A DNA stretch of 64,000 bases from Verrucomicrobiaceae bacterium (GCA_051252135.1 JBPOGH010000011.1:96500-160499); one strand, 5' to 3'. Shown: positions 10,146-21,171, numbered from the stretch's first letter. Made by a program: numbers and translations. The notes: generated by a model from the sequence alone, not told the origin.

Positions 10146-11309
10146 CTACAGGTCAAAAAAGCCTTTGGCTTTATCAAAAAACGACTTGTTGAGCGGCGAG
10201 TTCTCCTCACCAATCGATTCCGTAAACGCCTTCAGCTTCTCCTTCTGCTCGCGATTCAATTTCGTCGGGACTTCCACTTGCACTTCCACATTCAGCGCCC
10301 CTTTTCGTCCGCTGGCGAGACTTGTCACCCCCCGATCCCTCAAGCGGAAGGTCGTCCCTCCCTGCGTCCCCGCAGGCACCTTGATCGTCGCCGCACCCGT
10401 AAGCGTCGGCACCTCAAGCTCCCCGCCCAAGGCTGCTGTCGAAAACGGCAAAGGCACCTCGCAGAAAAGATCGTCTCCTTCCCGTTGAAAAATATCGTGC
10501 TCCCTGAGATGAAGAAAAACGTAGAGGTCTCCCGCAGGTCCGCCTCGCAGGCCCGCATCTCCCTTTCCCGTGGAACGCAGCCGCGTCCCGTCATCCACCC
10601 CGGCCGGAATCCTGATCGTGACCCGCTCGGGAGCCTGGGCGCGCCCTTCTCCGTTACACTTGCCACAAGGATCCGCAATCACCTGCCCTGCACCCCGGCA
10701 TTCGGGACACGTGCTCTGCTGAATGAAAATTCCCGCCTGCCGCGCAACCGCTCCCCGTCCCCCGCAGGTGACGCAGGTCTTCGCCCCGCCTCCTCCGGAC
10801 TTCGATCCCGACCCGGAACACGATCCGCAACTGGCATACTTCTCGATTTCCAGCTCCTTCTCGACCCCTTCCGCCGCCTCTTCGAGCGTGATCTCAAGAT
10901 CGTAACGCAAGTCACTCCCCCGCTTCTTGCCCGAGGCATCACGGGATCGCCGTCCGCCACCTCCGAAGAGATCGTCGAACATGCTTCCCCCGCCACCTCC
11001 GCCACCGAAGACTTGGCTGAAAATATCCATCGGATCGTGGAAACCGCCAAAGCCTCCCCGTCCCCCACCACCGCCACCGGCCTGGAACGCATCGTGCCCG
11101 TAGCGATCATAGGCCGCCCGCTTGTCCTCGTCTCCGAGCACCTCATAGGCTTGCCCCAGCTCCTTGAATTTATCCTCCGCGCCGGGATCATCCGGATTCT
11201 TGTCCGGGTGATGCTGCACTGCCGCCTTCCGGTAGGCCTTCTTGATCTCTGCCTGCGAAGCATCCCGCGACACCCCCAGCACTTCGTAAAAATCGCGTTC
11301 TCCCGACAT
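10146..11309 (-). CDS. dnaJ: Chaperone DnaJ
   Basis: J-domain with HPD, G/F-rich linker, four CxxCxGxG motifs. Confidence 0.97.
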   Translation of the reverse strand: MSGERDFYEVLGVSRDASQAEIKKAYRKAAVQHHPDKNPDDPGAEDKFKELGQAYEVLGDEDKRAAYDRYGHDAFQAGGGGGGRGGFGGFHDPMDIFSQVFGGGGGGGSMFDDLFGGGGRRSRDASGKKRGSDLRYDLEITLEEAAEGVEKELEIEKYASCGSCSGSGSKSGGGGAKTCVTCGGRGAVARQAGIFIQQSTCPECRGAGQVIADPCGKCNGEGRAQAPERVTIRIPAGVDDGTRLRSTGKGDAGLRGGPAGDLYVFLHLREHDIFQREGDDLFCEVPLPFSTAALGGELEVPTLTGAATIKVPAGTQGGTTFRLRDRGVTSLASGRKGALNVEVQVEVPTKLNREQKEKLKAFTESIGEENSPLNKSFFDKAKGFFDL

Positions 11310-11902
11310 TATTCTTCCTCCTCGGTTTCAGGTTCTGGAGCCTTGGCCACAATCACTGCCGCCGCACGGATCAAGCGATCATGCAAACGATAGCCCTTGC
11401 GCTTCACATAAAGAATTTCTCCCGGCTCTGCGCCCTCTCGCTCCTCCTCCGCAACCGCTTCGTGCAGATTGGGATCAAAAACGCCTTCCGCAGGCACTTC
11501 CTTCAGCCCCTGGGCATCCAGAAAATCATCCAACTGCCCCTTCACCATCGCCATCCCCTTGTAAATCATGGAGTCCTGATCCTGACTCGCCATCTCAAGA
11601 CCCATCGAAAAGTTGTCAAACACCGGCAGCAATTCCTCAATCAGGCCCGCACGCGCAAACCGCAAATCCTCCGCCCGCTCACGCGCCATCCGCTTCCGGT
11701 AATTATCCAAATCCGCGGCCGTCCGAATCGCCGCCTCTTTCCACTTCGCCGCCTCCTGCTCCGGTGTCAGTGGAATCTCTTCCACCACCTCTTCGGTTTC
11801 TTCAGCCGCAGGCTCTTCCGCCTCCACTTCAGGAGCTTGCTCTCCCTCAACGGCAGGCACGTCTTCTTCAATCACTTCAGGTTCCTGATGAGATTCTTGC
11901 AT
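11309..11902 (-). CDS. grpE: Nucleotide exchange factor GrpE
   Basis: [39 protein letters not shown]; start ATG 11902; translationally coupled to dnaJ. Confidence 0.93.
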   Translation of the reverse strand: MQESHQEPEVIEEDVPAVEGEQAPEVEAEEPAAEETEEVVEEIPLTPEQEAAKWKEAAIRTAADLDNYRKRMARERAEDLRFARAGLIEELLPVFDNFSMGLEMASQDQDSMIYKGMAMVKGQLDDFLDAQGLKEVPAEGVFDPNLHEAVAEEEREGAEPGEILYVKRKGYRLHDRLIRAAAVIVAKAPEPETEEEE

Positions 11903-11933
11903 GGGCGAACCAATAACCGCCCCCCACCAATCG

Positions 11934-14516
11934 TCAACCCCTACCTGATTCGACTTTTTCCCGCCCAAACAGAAAACTCTCACTTTCAAACACCATCCCC
12001 TCAAGCAATTCCACCCCGTTCAACGCCGCCCCCGTCAAGCTCACTCCCGCCTCTCCTTCATCCACCACAAAGCCCGGAAGCAACTTCCCAAAGGCTCCAT
12101 CCTTCCACCCCGCCTGCGGCATCATCGTCGTCGTTTCATAGTCCGGATGGGGAATCGAATAGCTGATCACCCGCCCCTGCCGCACCAGCCCCGAGTGATG
12201 CTCCTCCGCCGAAGCCCCCTCAAACACCAGCACTCTTACCCCCTTGCTCTGCAGCCGCTCCATCAGCCCACTCCTCATCTCCCTCAAGATCACCAGGCCA
12301 ATCCGCTCCCGCGACACCACCGACAAGAACTCCTCATCACCCCCCTCGCAGAACGCCACCTTCGCATCAATCAGCTGCGGCCAAAGAATCCCCAAAATCC
12401 CGCACTCTTCCGCCTCCCGATCCCAATCCAACAAAATCCGGCTCCCCCTCCCCGCCAGATTCACCTGGTTCAACTGCAGCGCATTCGCCCGCATCTGCCG
12501 CCCCACCTCCTCATCGGACCACGCCTTCGCCATCATCTCACTCCACCCTCCCGGCAAATCCCCCAGCACCTGCGGCTCATCAAACCCACCCCGTCCCATT
12601 TCCCGCAGTCTCGCCTCCACCGTCTGGGCCGAAAGCTCGTGCAGCGTCTTCGCCAACTTGTCTCCCGCAAACTCACCCACCTCCTTCGCCTCACTAAACG
12701 CCACCGTAATCCCGTAAGGAACCTTCCGCGGCCCTTTCCCCAGAAAACGACTCCCCTCAAAACTCCACATCGATCCCCACAAGCCATCCATATAAGCCGC
12801 CACCACCGGACACTTCGCCTTCCGCGCAATCATCTCATACCCCCGCTTGATCTCCGCCAGCCCGCCCGTCCGCGATAGCTGCCCTTCCGGAAAAATACAA
12901 ACCACCGATCCCTCCTCAAGCGCCTCTTTCGCTACCCGGATCGCATCCTTCGCCTTCGTCGGCGATACCGGAACCATCTCAAACAAGCGCGCAAACCAAC
13001 CCACAATCTTCCGGTCAAAACAGGTATCAAACATTAAAAATCGAATCGGCCGTGACGACGCCACCGACAGCACAATCCCGTCAATGTAACTCAAATGATT
13101 CGCCACCATCAGCACCCCGCCCTCCTTCGGAATCCGCTCCTCCCCTATCGTCCGGATGCGATACACCGACTTGAACATCCCCAGCATGATCAACCGCACA
13201 AAATCCTTCGGCAAAAGACGCGCCACATAAATCGTCACCACCACGCAACACCCCGCCAAAAACAAAAACTGCAACCAGATCGGCATCCCCGCCCGACTCA
13301 GCAGAAACTGCAACGCCACCGCCGAAATCCCGCCCAAATTGATACACAGATTCGACGCCGACAGCACCAGCCCCCGCTCCCCATCCTCCGCCCCATCCTG
13401 AAGATACGCATTCAGCGGCACCAAAAAAAGCGCCCCTCCAAAGCCCGCCAACCCCAAAAACACCACCCGCCCCCACCCCCCGCCCGCCGCAAAAGCCAGA
13501 CTCCCCGTCGCCACCGCCATCAGCGCACCACCCACCACCACCAAACCCAACTCATTGCGCCTCCGGCAAATCACACTCACCAGCAAACTCCCCAACACAA
13601 TCCCCACCACCACCGGCGTCCACAGCGTCGCCGTCTCCACCCCCATTCCAATCTTCCCTCCGCTGTTCTCCGTCGCGATCTGAATCACCAACAACTGCAA
13701 AAATCCCCCAAAACTCCAAAAGAAACTAATCCCCAAGGTCGATCGCCAAAGACCCTTCTGCGACTTCAGCTTCGCCAAATCACCAAAGTGCCGAAACGCC
13801 ACCTCAGCTGAAAACGGCCCCGCCCCCTTCGGCTCCGTCGGCTGAATCATATACGAAAACACCAGCGAGATCGCCGCGCCAATCAACACCCACAGTATCG
13901 GCACCAACGCAGCCTCCCATGGCCCTTTCCCCAACTGCAGCCCCCATTTGTCAAACCACAGACTCCCCACAATCTGTCCCATCAAAATCGCCAAGATCAC
14001 CGTCCCCTCCATCACCCCGTTCGCAAACCCCAACTTCCGCGACCCCACCAACTCCTTCACCACCCCCATCTTCGACGGACTCAGCAGAGCCGATTGCGAT
14101 CCCAGGAAAAAAAACGCCACCAAAGTCACCGCAATCGCCACCGCCGATCCCTCCGCCCCGCGCGACATCCCAAACCACAGCGCCCCCGCCATCGTGAGAA
14201 GCACCACCAGCTGAAACCACGACGACCACCGGATCACCCGATTCTTCGCAAACCGGTCCCCCAACCACCCCGCACTCGGCGCGAAAAGAATAAACGGCAA
14301 CACCAGCAACGCCCCCAACACATGCTCGATCCCCTTAAACGCCAACCCCATGTAATACAGCGCCACCCCCAACGGAATCAGCAGGAACTTCGCAAAGTTG
14401 TCATTGAACGCATTCATCGTCTGCATCCCCACCAACCCCCAAAACGACCGCCACTCCCGCTGACCCGGCTCAAAACTCTGATCTATCACCTCTTCAGACT
14501 GACCCACTTCACTCAT
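11934..14516 (-). CDS. Aas-like fusion: LplT-type MFS transporter + PlsC acyltransferase + degenerate adenylation remnant
   Basis: NAFNDNFAK and LPFILFAPSAGWLGDRF (MFS); NHLSYID and FPEGQLSR (PlsC); short divergent C-terminus. Confidence 0.85.
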   Translation of the reverse strand: MSEVGQSEEVIDQSFEPGQREWRSFWGLVGMQTMNAFNDNFAKFLLIPLGVALYYMGLAFKGIEHVLGALLVLPFILFAPSAGWLGDRFAKNRVIRWSSWFQLVVLLTMAGALWFGMSRGAEGSAVAIAVTLVAFFFLGSQSALLSPSKMGVVKELVGSRKLGFANGVMEGTVILAILMGQIVGSLWFDKWGLQLGKGPWEAALVPILWVLIGAAISLVFSYMIQPTEPKGAGPFSAEVAFRHFGDLAKLKSQKGLWRSTLGISFFWSFGGFLQLLVIQIATENSGGKIGMGVETATLWTPVVVGIVLGSLLVSVICRRRNELGLVVVGGALMAVATGSLAFAAGGGWGRVVFLGLAGFGGALFLVPLNAYLQDGAEDGERGLVLSASNLCINLGGISAVALQFLLSRAGMPIWLQFLFLAGCCVVVTIYVARLLPKDFVRLIMLGMFKSVYRIRTIGEERIPKEGGVLMVANHLSYIDGIVLSVASSRPIRFLMFDTCFDRKIVGWFARLFEMVPVSPTKAKDAIRVAKEALEEGSVVCIFPEGQLSRTGGLAEIKRGYEMIARKAKCPVVAAYMDGLWGSMWSFEGSRFLGKGPRKVPYGITVAFSEAKEVGEFAGDKLAKTLHELSAQTVEARLREMGRGGFDEPQVLGDLPGGWSEMMAKAWSDEEVGRQMRANALQLNQVNLAGRGSRILLDWDREAEECGILGILWPQLIDAKVAFCEGGDEEFLSVVSRERIGLVILREMRSGLMERLQSKGVRVLVFEGASAEEHHSGLVRQGRVISYSIPHPDYETTTMMPQAGWKDGAFGKLLPGFVVDEGEAGVSLTGAALNGVELLEGMVFESESFLFGREKVESGRG

Positions 14517-14624
14517 TTAGTTAAATCGATTAAACCATAGAGATCATCGACTTAAACGATACCTCCATCTAGCCAAGTAAATCACCCCCACCCCAAACCA
14601 CACGCACATTCTTCCCCCCCAATT

Positions 14625-14648
14625 GTAGCGTCGGTCTATGACCGTCGC
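14625..14648 (+). repeat. GTAG-type REP-like palindrome
   Basis: GTAGCGTCGGTC-TAT-GACCGTCGC: GTAG head plus a hairpin with one T-T mismatch. Confidence 0.55.
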
Positions 14649-14679
14649 AAGCTCCCCCCAACCCCAGCCAATAAGGAGA

Positions 14680-14697
14680 GCGGGCATTCCTGCCCGC
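14680..14697 (+). repeat. REP-like palindrome GCGGGCATTCCYGCCCGC, copy 1
   Basis: 17 of 18 nt identical to the copy at 61760-61777; both are intergenic and preceded by GGA. Confidence 0.6.
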
Positions 14698-14700
14698 CCC

Positions 14701-14755
14701 CCCCCCAACCAAGCCCCCCAACCAAGCAATTCCTAATTCCAAATTCCTAATTCTC
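14701..14755 (+). repeat. Short tandem repeats: CCCCCCAACCAAG x2, then AATTCCW-like 7-mer x4
   Basis: 13-mer at 14701-14726; AATTCCT AATTCCA AATTCCT AATTCTC at 14728-14755. Confidence 0.8.
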
Positions 14756-14852
14756 CCTCCCCCCAACCCAGCCTCAAAAAACCTTTGCCTCTTTGCAGTG
14801 AACCTCACCTTTCAAGCTTCACCCTTCACCTTGAATCCTCCACCCTCCCCCC

Positions 14853-15857
14853 ATGCTCCTCGCCATCGAATCCTCTTGCGATGAAACCGCCGTGGCCATC
14901 ATCCGCCGCAGCGACGATGGCCCACGCCTCCTCACCTCCCTCATCTCGTCCCAAATCGACATCCACCGCGCCTACGGCGGCGTCGTCCCCGAGGTCGCCT
15001 GCCGCAACCACGCCCAACGCATCCGCCCCCTCGTCGAACAAGCCCTCGCCGATGCCGGAGTCACCATCGACGACATCTCCGCCTTCGCCGCCACCCGCGG
15101 CCCCGGCCTTGCCTCCTCCCTTCTCGTAGGACTTTCCTACGCCAAAGCGCTCGCCGCCGCGACCGGCAAGCCCTTCTTTGGCATCAACCACATGGAAGGC
15201 CACCTCCTCTCTCCCTTCCTCGAAAAAGGCGACATCCCCCCGCACCTCGGACTCATCGTCTCCGGCGGCCACACCATGCTCATCGATGTCCGGGGCTTCC
15301 GCTCCTACAAACTCCTCGGACGCACCATCGATGACGCCGCCGGCGAAGCCTTCGATAAAGTCGGCCGCATGCTCCAGCTCCCCTACCCCGGAGGCCCCGA
15401 AATCGAAAAGCACGCCCGCTCCGGAAACCCCAAAGCCTTCGCCTTCCCCCGCGCCGCTCTCAAGGAACAACCCTACAATTTCTCCTTCTCCGGCCTCAAA
15501 ACCGCCGTCCTCTACCAGCTCCAAAAACTCGACGACCCCCGGTCCCAGCTCGCCGACATCTGCGCCTCCTTCCAAACCGCCGTCATCGACAGCCTCGTCA
15601 AAAAGACCCTTCGCGCCGCCGCTCACACCGGTCACAAAATCATCACCATCTCCGGCGGCGTTGCCTGCAACCGGGCCCTGCAAGATGCCCTCCGCACCGC
15701 CTGCGAAAAGAACGACCTCACCCTCCAGCTCACGCCCCCGGCTCTCACCACCGACAACGCCGGAATGATCGCCTTCACCGGCCTCCTCGCCTCCGAACAA
15801 CTTTCTCCCGATCCCCTCACCATCGGAATCGACCCCAACCTTTCCCTCGCTCTCTGA
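14853..15857 (+). CDS. tsaD: tRNA threonylcarbamoyladenosine biosynthesis protein TsaD
   Basis: AIESSCDETA, YGGVVPE, HMEGH, VSGGHT, DDAAGEAFDK, FSFSGLKTA, TDNAGMIA. Confidence 0.97.
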   Translation: MLLAIESSCDETAVAIIRRSDDGPRLLTSLISSQIDIHRAYGGVVPEVACRNHAQRIRPLVEQALADAGVTIDDISAFAATRGPGLASSLLVGLSYAKALAAATGKPFFGINHMEGHLLSPFLEKGDIPPHLGLIVSGGHTMLIDVRGFRSYKLLGRTIDDAAGEAFDKVGRMLQLPYPGGPEIEKHARSGNPKAFAFPRAALKEQPYNFSFSGLKTAVLYQLQKLDDPRSQLADICASFQTAVIDSLVKKTLRAAAHTGHKIITISGGVACNRALQDALRTACEKNDLTLQLTPPALTTDNAGMIAFTGLLASEQLSPDPLTIGIDPNLSLAL

Positions 15858-17243
15858 TCATCCCTTGTGCTCTTCAAAAAGAGCCACGAACTCCCGATGC
15901 ACCTCGGGAAATTTCTTCGAGAGCTCGGTCGTTTCACCCGGATCATCCTTTAGGTTGTAGAGTTCCACTTCCGCTTCCATCCCGTAGCGCACCGCTTTCC
16001 AGTCCCCTTTCCGCGCCGCCTGGAAGACCTCACCCACGATCCCCGAGTTCGGATCTCCCGCCTGCTTTCCAAACTCCCAATAAAGAATCCGTTCCGCCAT
16101 TTCTCCCGGCTCGTCCTTCAGCAAGGTCGCAACCGACTCGCCATTCGTCTTCACCCGCGGCACCTCGTTCAGCGACACCCCCGCCAGCTCCGCAAAAGTC
16201 GGCAACACATCGGCAAAGGCCCACGGCGTGTCATCCACCCGCCCCTTCGAAATCGCCGCCGGCCAATGCGCAATCATCGGCACATGAATCCCTCCCTCAT
16301 ACACATCCCGCTTCATCCCTTTGAAAGGATACGAGGCCTTAAAATATTCCGGATCCGCGCCCCCCTCGTCATGTGGTCCGTTGTCCGAGGTAAAGAGAAT
16401 CAGCGTATTCTCCGCCACCCCCTTCGCCTCCAGCGCCGCATACACCTGCCCCACATAATCATCGAGCGCCGTCACCATCCCCGCCAGCGTTGCATGCGGA
16501 TGAGCCACCGCCTCCGGATAGTACCATGCATACTTGTCGCTCGGATCACCCGTCGACATTCCACCATACGGCTTCACCGGAAACTTCTCCTCATACCGCT
16601 TCTGATACTTCTCCGGCACCGCCAATTCCGCATGCGGTGACGAATACGACAGCATCACAAAGAACGGATTCTCCCGCTCTTCCTCGATGTAAGCAATCGC
16701 CTCATTCGTAAACAACTCCTGCGCATACGCGCCCTTCTTCCCTCCCTCATTCTCCGGAATCCGAATCTTCTCTCCATCACGCCACAGGATCATCGGATAC
16801 TGCCGGTGCCCCTCCAAAATCGAATACATCCCGTACCACGTGTCGAACCCCATCGCCAGCGGATCGGTCACTCCCATCTGCGACCCAATCGAATACTTCC
16901 CGAACAAAGCCGTGTCGTATCCCGCATGCTTCAACACATGCGCCATCGTCACATCGATGTCCCGCAGCTGAACCGTATTCGAATTGTTCTCCATCAACCG
17001 CCCGTCCCTTCCGGTAAAGAGCGACACCCGCGAGGGCGAACACACCGTATTCCCCGAGTAAGCCTGCGTAAACCGAATCCCCTGACCCGCTAAGCGATCC
17101 AGGTTCGGCGTCTCAATCGGCGTATCCCCGTAGGCCCCAATCTGGTTGAACCCCAAATCATCCGTCAAAATAAAGACAATGTTCGGCTTCGCCCCAAACA
17201 CCTGCCCCGCAAGCAACCCCAACAACACCATTCTTCTCAGCAT
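15858..17243 (-). CDS. Cys-type (S1) sulfatase, secreted
   Basis: PNIVFILTDDLG, CSPSRVSLFTG, FTSDNG, YEGGIHVP, ELYNLKDDPGE; signal peptide. Confidence 0.93.
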   Translation of the reverse strand: MLRRMVLLGLLAGQVFGAKPNIVFILTDDLGFNQIGAYGDTPIETPNLDRLAGQGIRFTQAYSGNTVCSPSRVSLFTGRDGRLMENNSNTVQLRDIDVTMAHVLKHAGYDTALFGKYSIGSQMGVTDPLAMGFDTWYGMYSILEGHRQYPMILWRDGEKIRIPENEGGKKGAYAQELFTNEAIAYIEEERENPFFVMLSYSSPHAELAVPEKYQKRYEEKFPVKPYGGMSTGDPSDKYAWYYPEAVAHPHATLAGMVTALDDYVGQVYAALEAKGVAENTLILFTSDNGPHDEGGADPEYFKASYPFKGMKRDVYEGGIHVPMIAHWPAAISKGRVDDTPWAFADVLPTFAELAGVSLNEVPRVKTNGESVATLLKDEPGEMAERILYWEFGKQAGDPNSGIVGEVFQAARKGDWKAVRYGMEAEVELYNLKDDPGETTELSKKFPEVHREFVALFEEHKG

Positions 17244-17281
17244 CCCGAAACCCTCCAACATTCCCCCGCCCCAAGCCAACC

Positions 17282-17854
17282 CTAAAACAATTCCCCTTGC
17301 TCCTCACTCGGCCTCTTCTTCAGCGGATTCGCCGTCTCGCCTACCACCAATAAATCCTCCTCCGGCGCAAACCGTTCCACCTCCCCGGCCAGATACGCCT
17401 CCCGCTCACCACCCACCAGCAAGGCCGGCATCCGATGATGAATCGGCGACACCCGCTCATTCGCCTCCGTCGTCAGCATCGAGAAACATCGCCCCAATTC
17501 CGCAACCTCCTCCCATATCCCCGCCGCCCAAAGCCACCCCTCATCCGCCGCTTGAAAAAGATGCGTCCGCTTCCGCCCCTTCGGACCCGACCACTCATAG
17601 TACGACATCACCGGAATCAAACACCGCCGCTCCGCAAAGGCCTCCCGCCACATCCCGCTCTCCAGATTGTCCGATCGCGTATTATTCACCACCCCCAACC
17701 CCTTCCGCTCAAACCCCCATCGCATCTCAACCACCTCATCCCCGTCCAAAACCACCGGAGCCAAGTCCGTCCGCCGCACCAAACGCCCTTCCCCCACCGG
17801 CAACTCCCCCTTCACCTGACTCAGCTTCTTCGCCGTATTGAACGCGTTACACAT
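17282..17854 (-). CDS. SRAP/YedK (HMCES-like) abasic-site crosslinking protein
   Basis: N-terminal MC, MRWG, NTRSD, RRCLIP..YYEW, IHHRMP. Confidence 0.9.
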   Translation of the reverse strand: MCNAFNTAKKLSQVKGELPVGEGRLVRRTDLAPVVLDGDEVVEMRWGFERKGLGVVNNTRSDNLESGMWREAFAERRCLIPVMSYYEWSGPKGRKRTHLFQAADEGWLWAAGIWEEVAELGRCFSMLTTEANERVSPIHHRMPALLVGGEREAYLAGEVERFAPEEDLLVVGETANPLKKRPSEEQGELF

Positions 17855-17885
17855 CTCACTGACCTACAAAAAACCATCACCCTCT

Positions 17886-20441
17886 TCAACTTCCACCCCG
17901 TAAAACTTCCAACGGAGGATGATGACAAACACCTCGACTCAAGGCCAGACCACCCACCACCGCAATCAGCGTCACCGCCCCAAAGGCCCCCAAAAGAAGC
18001 GCCGCATCAGGCCAAGGCGAGGCTTCGAAAACAAACACCGCCAGCGCCGCATTCGCCGCCACCGCCAGCAACACTCCGGTCAGTGCCGAGAGAATCCCCA
18101 GCGCCGCATACTCAATCACCAGGATCACCCGCACCTGCTTCGCCGATGCCCCCAGCGTCCGCAGCAAAACACTCTCCTTCAACCGCACATCGCGACCATT
18201 CAGCAAGGTCCCGATCAGAATCGGCAATCCCGCCAGCACCGTGAACCCCGCCAGGATCGTAATCACCGTCGAAATCTTCCCCAGAATCTCCCGCACCGTT
18301 TCCAAAATCTGCGTCAGATCAATCGCCGTCACATTCGCAAACTGACCGGCCAATTCACGCTGCAACTCACCCGAGGCCTCCGGCGTCGGCGTCCGCGTCG
18401 TCACCACATGGAATCCCGGAGCCTCCTCCAGCACTCCCGGCGGAAACACCATAAAGAAGTTCAGGTTGAACCGACTCCAATCCACCCGCCGAATGCTCGT
18501 CACCCGACACCGAATCGCAATCCCTTGCACATCCATCGTGATCTCATCGCCAATCCCCACCTTCATATCCTTCGCAATCTTCTCCTCCAGCGAGAGCGGC
18601 ACCACCTCATTCGGATCAGCCCGCTCGGTCGCAAACTCACCCGCGACCAGCTCTTCGGTAAAATTCATCGTGTCGCGGTAAGTCGACCGAAACTCCCGCC
18701 GACCCACCCAGCGTGGCACGTTCTTCACCTCACTCACCGGCACTCCCCGAATCGACTGCACCCTCATCGTCACCATCGGCGTGCTCTCCAAAACAGGGAG
18801 CCCATCATCCTTCAAGACCCCCTCAACTCCCGTCACCTGATCCGGCTGCACATCGATCAAATACAAATTCGGGCTGTCCTCCGAACGCTGAACACTCAGC
18901 CGATCATTCAAGAGCTTCCCGGCCGAAAGAATCGTCACTAACAAAAACGTCCCCAGCCCCAGCGACAGCAAAAACAGCAAGGTCTGATTCCCCGGCCGAT
19001 GAAGATTCGAAACACCCTGCCGGATCAAATACGGCCACCTCCGGCTCACCACCCGACGACTCACCGCCATCAACCCGCGCGCCACCCCAACCAGTGCCAG
19101 GAAAGCCAAGGCCATCCCACCAACCATCGCCAATGCCCGCTTCAAGTTCGGATCGTTCGCATAAGCCACCATCACCAGCAACCCCGCCAGCAAACCATAA
19201 ATCGGCAAGGCCCGCAGCACGCCTCCCTTCAAACTCCCCCCACTCCGCAAGGTCACCGCCGGGGAAATCTCCCGAATTCTCATCAGAGGAAGCAGCGCAA
19301 ATCCACAACACACCGCAAATCCCATCGCCGTCGTCTGCGCCGCAATCTTCCACTCCGGCGAGGGACTCACCGAAATTGGCAACTCATCTCCCAACGCCAC
19401 CAGCAAGCCCATCTGCATTCCAATCCCAAGCCCCGCACCCAGCAGCGCTCCCAACAAACCCAGCGCCATCGCTTGCGCAAAATAAATCCCAAACGCCAAA
19501 TGCCCCGGACATCCTAGGCAGCGTAAAATCGCAATCGTCTGAATCCGCCGCGTCACATGCGCATGCACCGCCCCCGCCACCCCGATCGCTCCCAGCGCCA
19601 GCGAGGCCAGCGCAATCAATCCGAGAAACTTCTGAAAGTTGTCGAGCGCCTTGCCCAGATTCTCCTGCCGGTCTTCCGGCGTCTCCAGCCGCCACTGCGT
19701 CCCCTTAAAATCCTCCCGCACCCTCTTCTTCAGCCCACGTCCACCCACCGCATCCGGAATCTCCAGATGCAGCGAATAACCCGCCATGCTGTTCTGCGTC
19801 AGTAGTCCGCTCCGCTCAATATCTCCCAGACTCACATAAGCCTCCGGCGCAAACCCACTAAAACGATTCCCCCTCGGCGCTGGCTGATCCACCACCCCCA
19901 GAATCGTCAACCGAATCCCACCCAGCTCCACCTCATCTCCCACCTTCACTCCAAATTGATCCAGAATCGCCGGCTCTAACAACACCCCGCCATCCTCACG
20001 CAACTTCACCCAGGCATTCGCTGGCCGCGTCTCCACCGTCCCGTAAAAAGGATACTCCCCCGCAATCCCCCGCACCTGCATCAGCCGCGCTCCCCCATCC
20101 GGTAAAAAGCGCATCATCGATGGAAAACTCACTTCCCGGCTCACCCGACTCGCCATTCCCGCCAACCGCTCCACATCCTCCTCTTTGATCTCCCGCCGCG
20201 ATGACACCCGCAGATCGGATCCCAGCAGTGCCTTCGCTTCCGAAGCAATCCCCCGCTCCACACTCGTCTTCAGCGAATGAATCGCCGTCAGCGCCGCAAT
20301 CCCCGAAACAATCGCCAGCGAAAAGATCACCAGCCGCAAGCGCTGCGACCGACTATCCCGCCAAGCCATCCGCCACACCCACGGGTGAAACATCGACCTC
20401 CACAGACTGCGCGGCAGCGCCTTGTTCTTAGACGTTTCCAT
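17886..20441 (-). CDS. YbbP-like ABC transporter permease (FtsX family)
   Basis: MAWRDSR, LLGSDL, YPFYG, PNLYLIDVQPDQ, VDWSRFNLNFFMVF, LRTLGAS. Confidence 0.9.
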   Translation of the reverse strand: METSKNKALPRSLWRSMFHPWVWRMAWRDSRSQRLRLVIFSLAIVSGIAALTAIHSLKTSVERGIASEAKALLGSDLRVSSRREIKEEDVERLAGMASRVSREVSFPSMMRFLPDGGARLMQVRGIAGEYPFYGTVETRPANAWVKLREDGGVLLEPAILDQFGVKVGDEVELGGIRLTILGVVDQPAPRGNRFSGFAPEAYVSLGDIERSGLLTQNSMAGYSLHLEIPDAVGGRGLKKRVREDFKGTQWRLETPEDRQENLGKALDNFQKFLGLIALASLALGAIGVAGAVHAHVTRRIQTIAILRCLGCPGHLAFGIYFAQAMALGLLGALLGAGLGIGMQMGLLVALGDELPISVSPSPEWKIAAQTTAMGFAVCCGFALLPLMRIREISPAVTLRSGGSLKGGVLRALPIYGLLAGLLVMVAYANDPNLKRALAMVGGMALAFLALVGVARGLMAVSRRVVSRRWPYLIRQGVSNLHRPGNQTLLFLLSLGLGTFLLVTILSAGKLLNDRLSVQRSEDSPNLYLIDVQPDQVTGVEGVLKDDGLPVLESTPMVTMRVQSIRGVPVSEVKNVPRWVGRREFRSTYRDTMNFTEELVAGEFATERADPNEVVPLSLEEKIAKDMKVGIGDEITMDVQGIAIRCRVTSIRRVDWSRFNLNFFMVFPPGVLEEAPGFHVVTTRTPTPEASGELQRELAGQFANVTAIDLTQILETVREILGKISTVITILAGFTVLAGLPILIGTLLNGRDVRLKESVLLRTLGASAKQVRVILVIEYAALGILSALTGVLLAVAANAALAVFVFEASPWPDAALLLGAFGAVTLIAVVGGLALSRGVCHHPPLEVLRGGS

Positions 20442-21171
20442 TCTCCTCCTCTGACACAATCGTTCCGCCGCTCATCGTCACCACCCGACGCGCCTTCGCC
20501 GCCAGCGCCGGGTCATGCGTCACCAACACCAGCGCTGTCCCCGCCTCGCGGTTCAGCCGAAATAACATCTCCACAATCGGACCACTCGTCCCCGCATCCA
20601 AATTCCCCGTCGGCTCATCGGCAAAAAGTATCTTCGGCCGATGAATGAACGCCCGCGCCAAGGCCACCCGCTGCTGTTCCCCGCCCGAGAGCTGAAGCGG
20701 ATAATGATCCAGCCGATCCCCCAACCCCACTTCGGTCAGCAATCTCTCCGCCTCTTTCTCGATCTCCTTTCCCGACTCCCCCCGCAGCTCCAGCGGCACC
20801 AGCACATTCTCAATCGCCGTCAGGGTCGGAATCAGTTGAAAACTCTGAAACACAAAACCCACCAGCCGATTCCGCAGCGCCGCCCGCGCATCCTGATCCA
20901 GCGATTCCATCGCCAGCCCGTCCAGCTCGACCGATCCCGCGCTCGCATCATCCAGCCCCGCACACAGCCCCAGCAAGGTCGTCTTCCCGCTCCCCGAGGG
21001 CCCTACAATCGCCATGGTGTCTCCCGCTTCCAAACTCAGACTCACCTCCTTCAGCACCGTCAAATCACCATTCGCCGTCACATGCGTCTTCCGTAACCCC
21101 GACACCTTCAGGATGGGTCGTTTGACATCACTCGGAGCGGCTTCTAAACTGGACGAAGATGGGGCTGACAT
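20428..21171 (-). CDS. YbbA-like ABC transporter ATP-binding protein
   Basis: GPSGSGKT, LSGGEQQRVALARA, FADEPTGNLD, VTHD. Confidence 0.95.
   Translation of the reverse strand: MSAPSSSSLEAAPSDVKRPILKVSGLRKTHVTANGDLTVLKEVSLSLEAGDTMAIVGPSGSGKTTLLGLCAGLDDASAGSVELDGLAMESLDQDARAALRNRLVGFVFQSFQLIPTLTAIENVLVPLELRGESGKEIEKEAERLLTEVGLGDRLDHYPLQLSGGEQQRVALARAFIHRPKILFADEPTGNLDAGTSGPIVEMLFRLNREAGTALVLVTHDPALAAKARRVVTMSGGTIVSEEENGNV

Noticed and set aside
21159..21171. Overlapping divergent starts of tesA and the ybbA-like gene
   Set aside because: A divergent tesA/ybbAP arrangement is common; ordinary.
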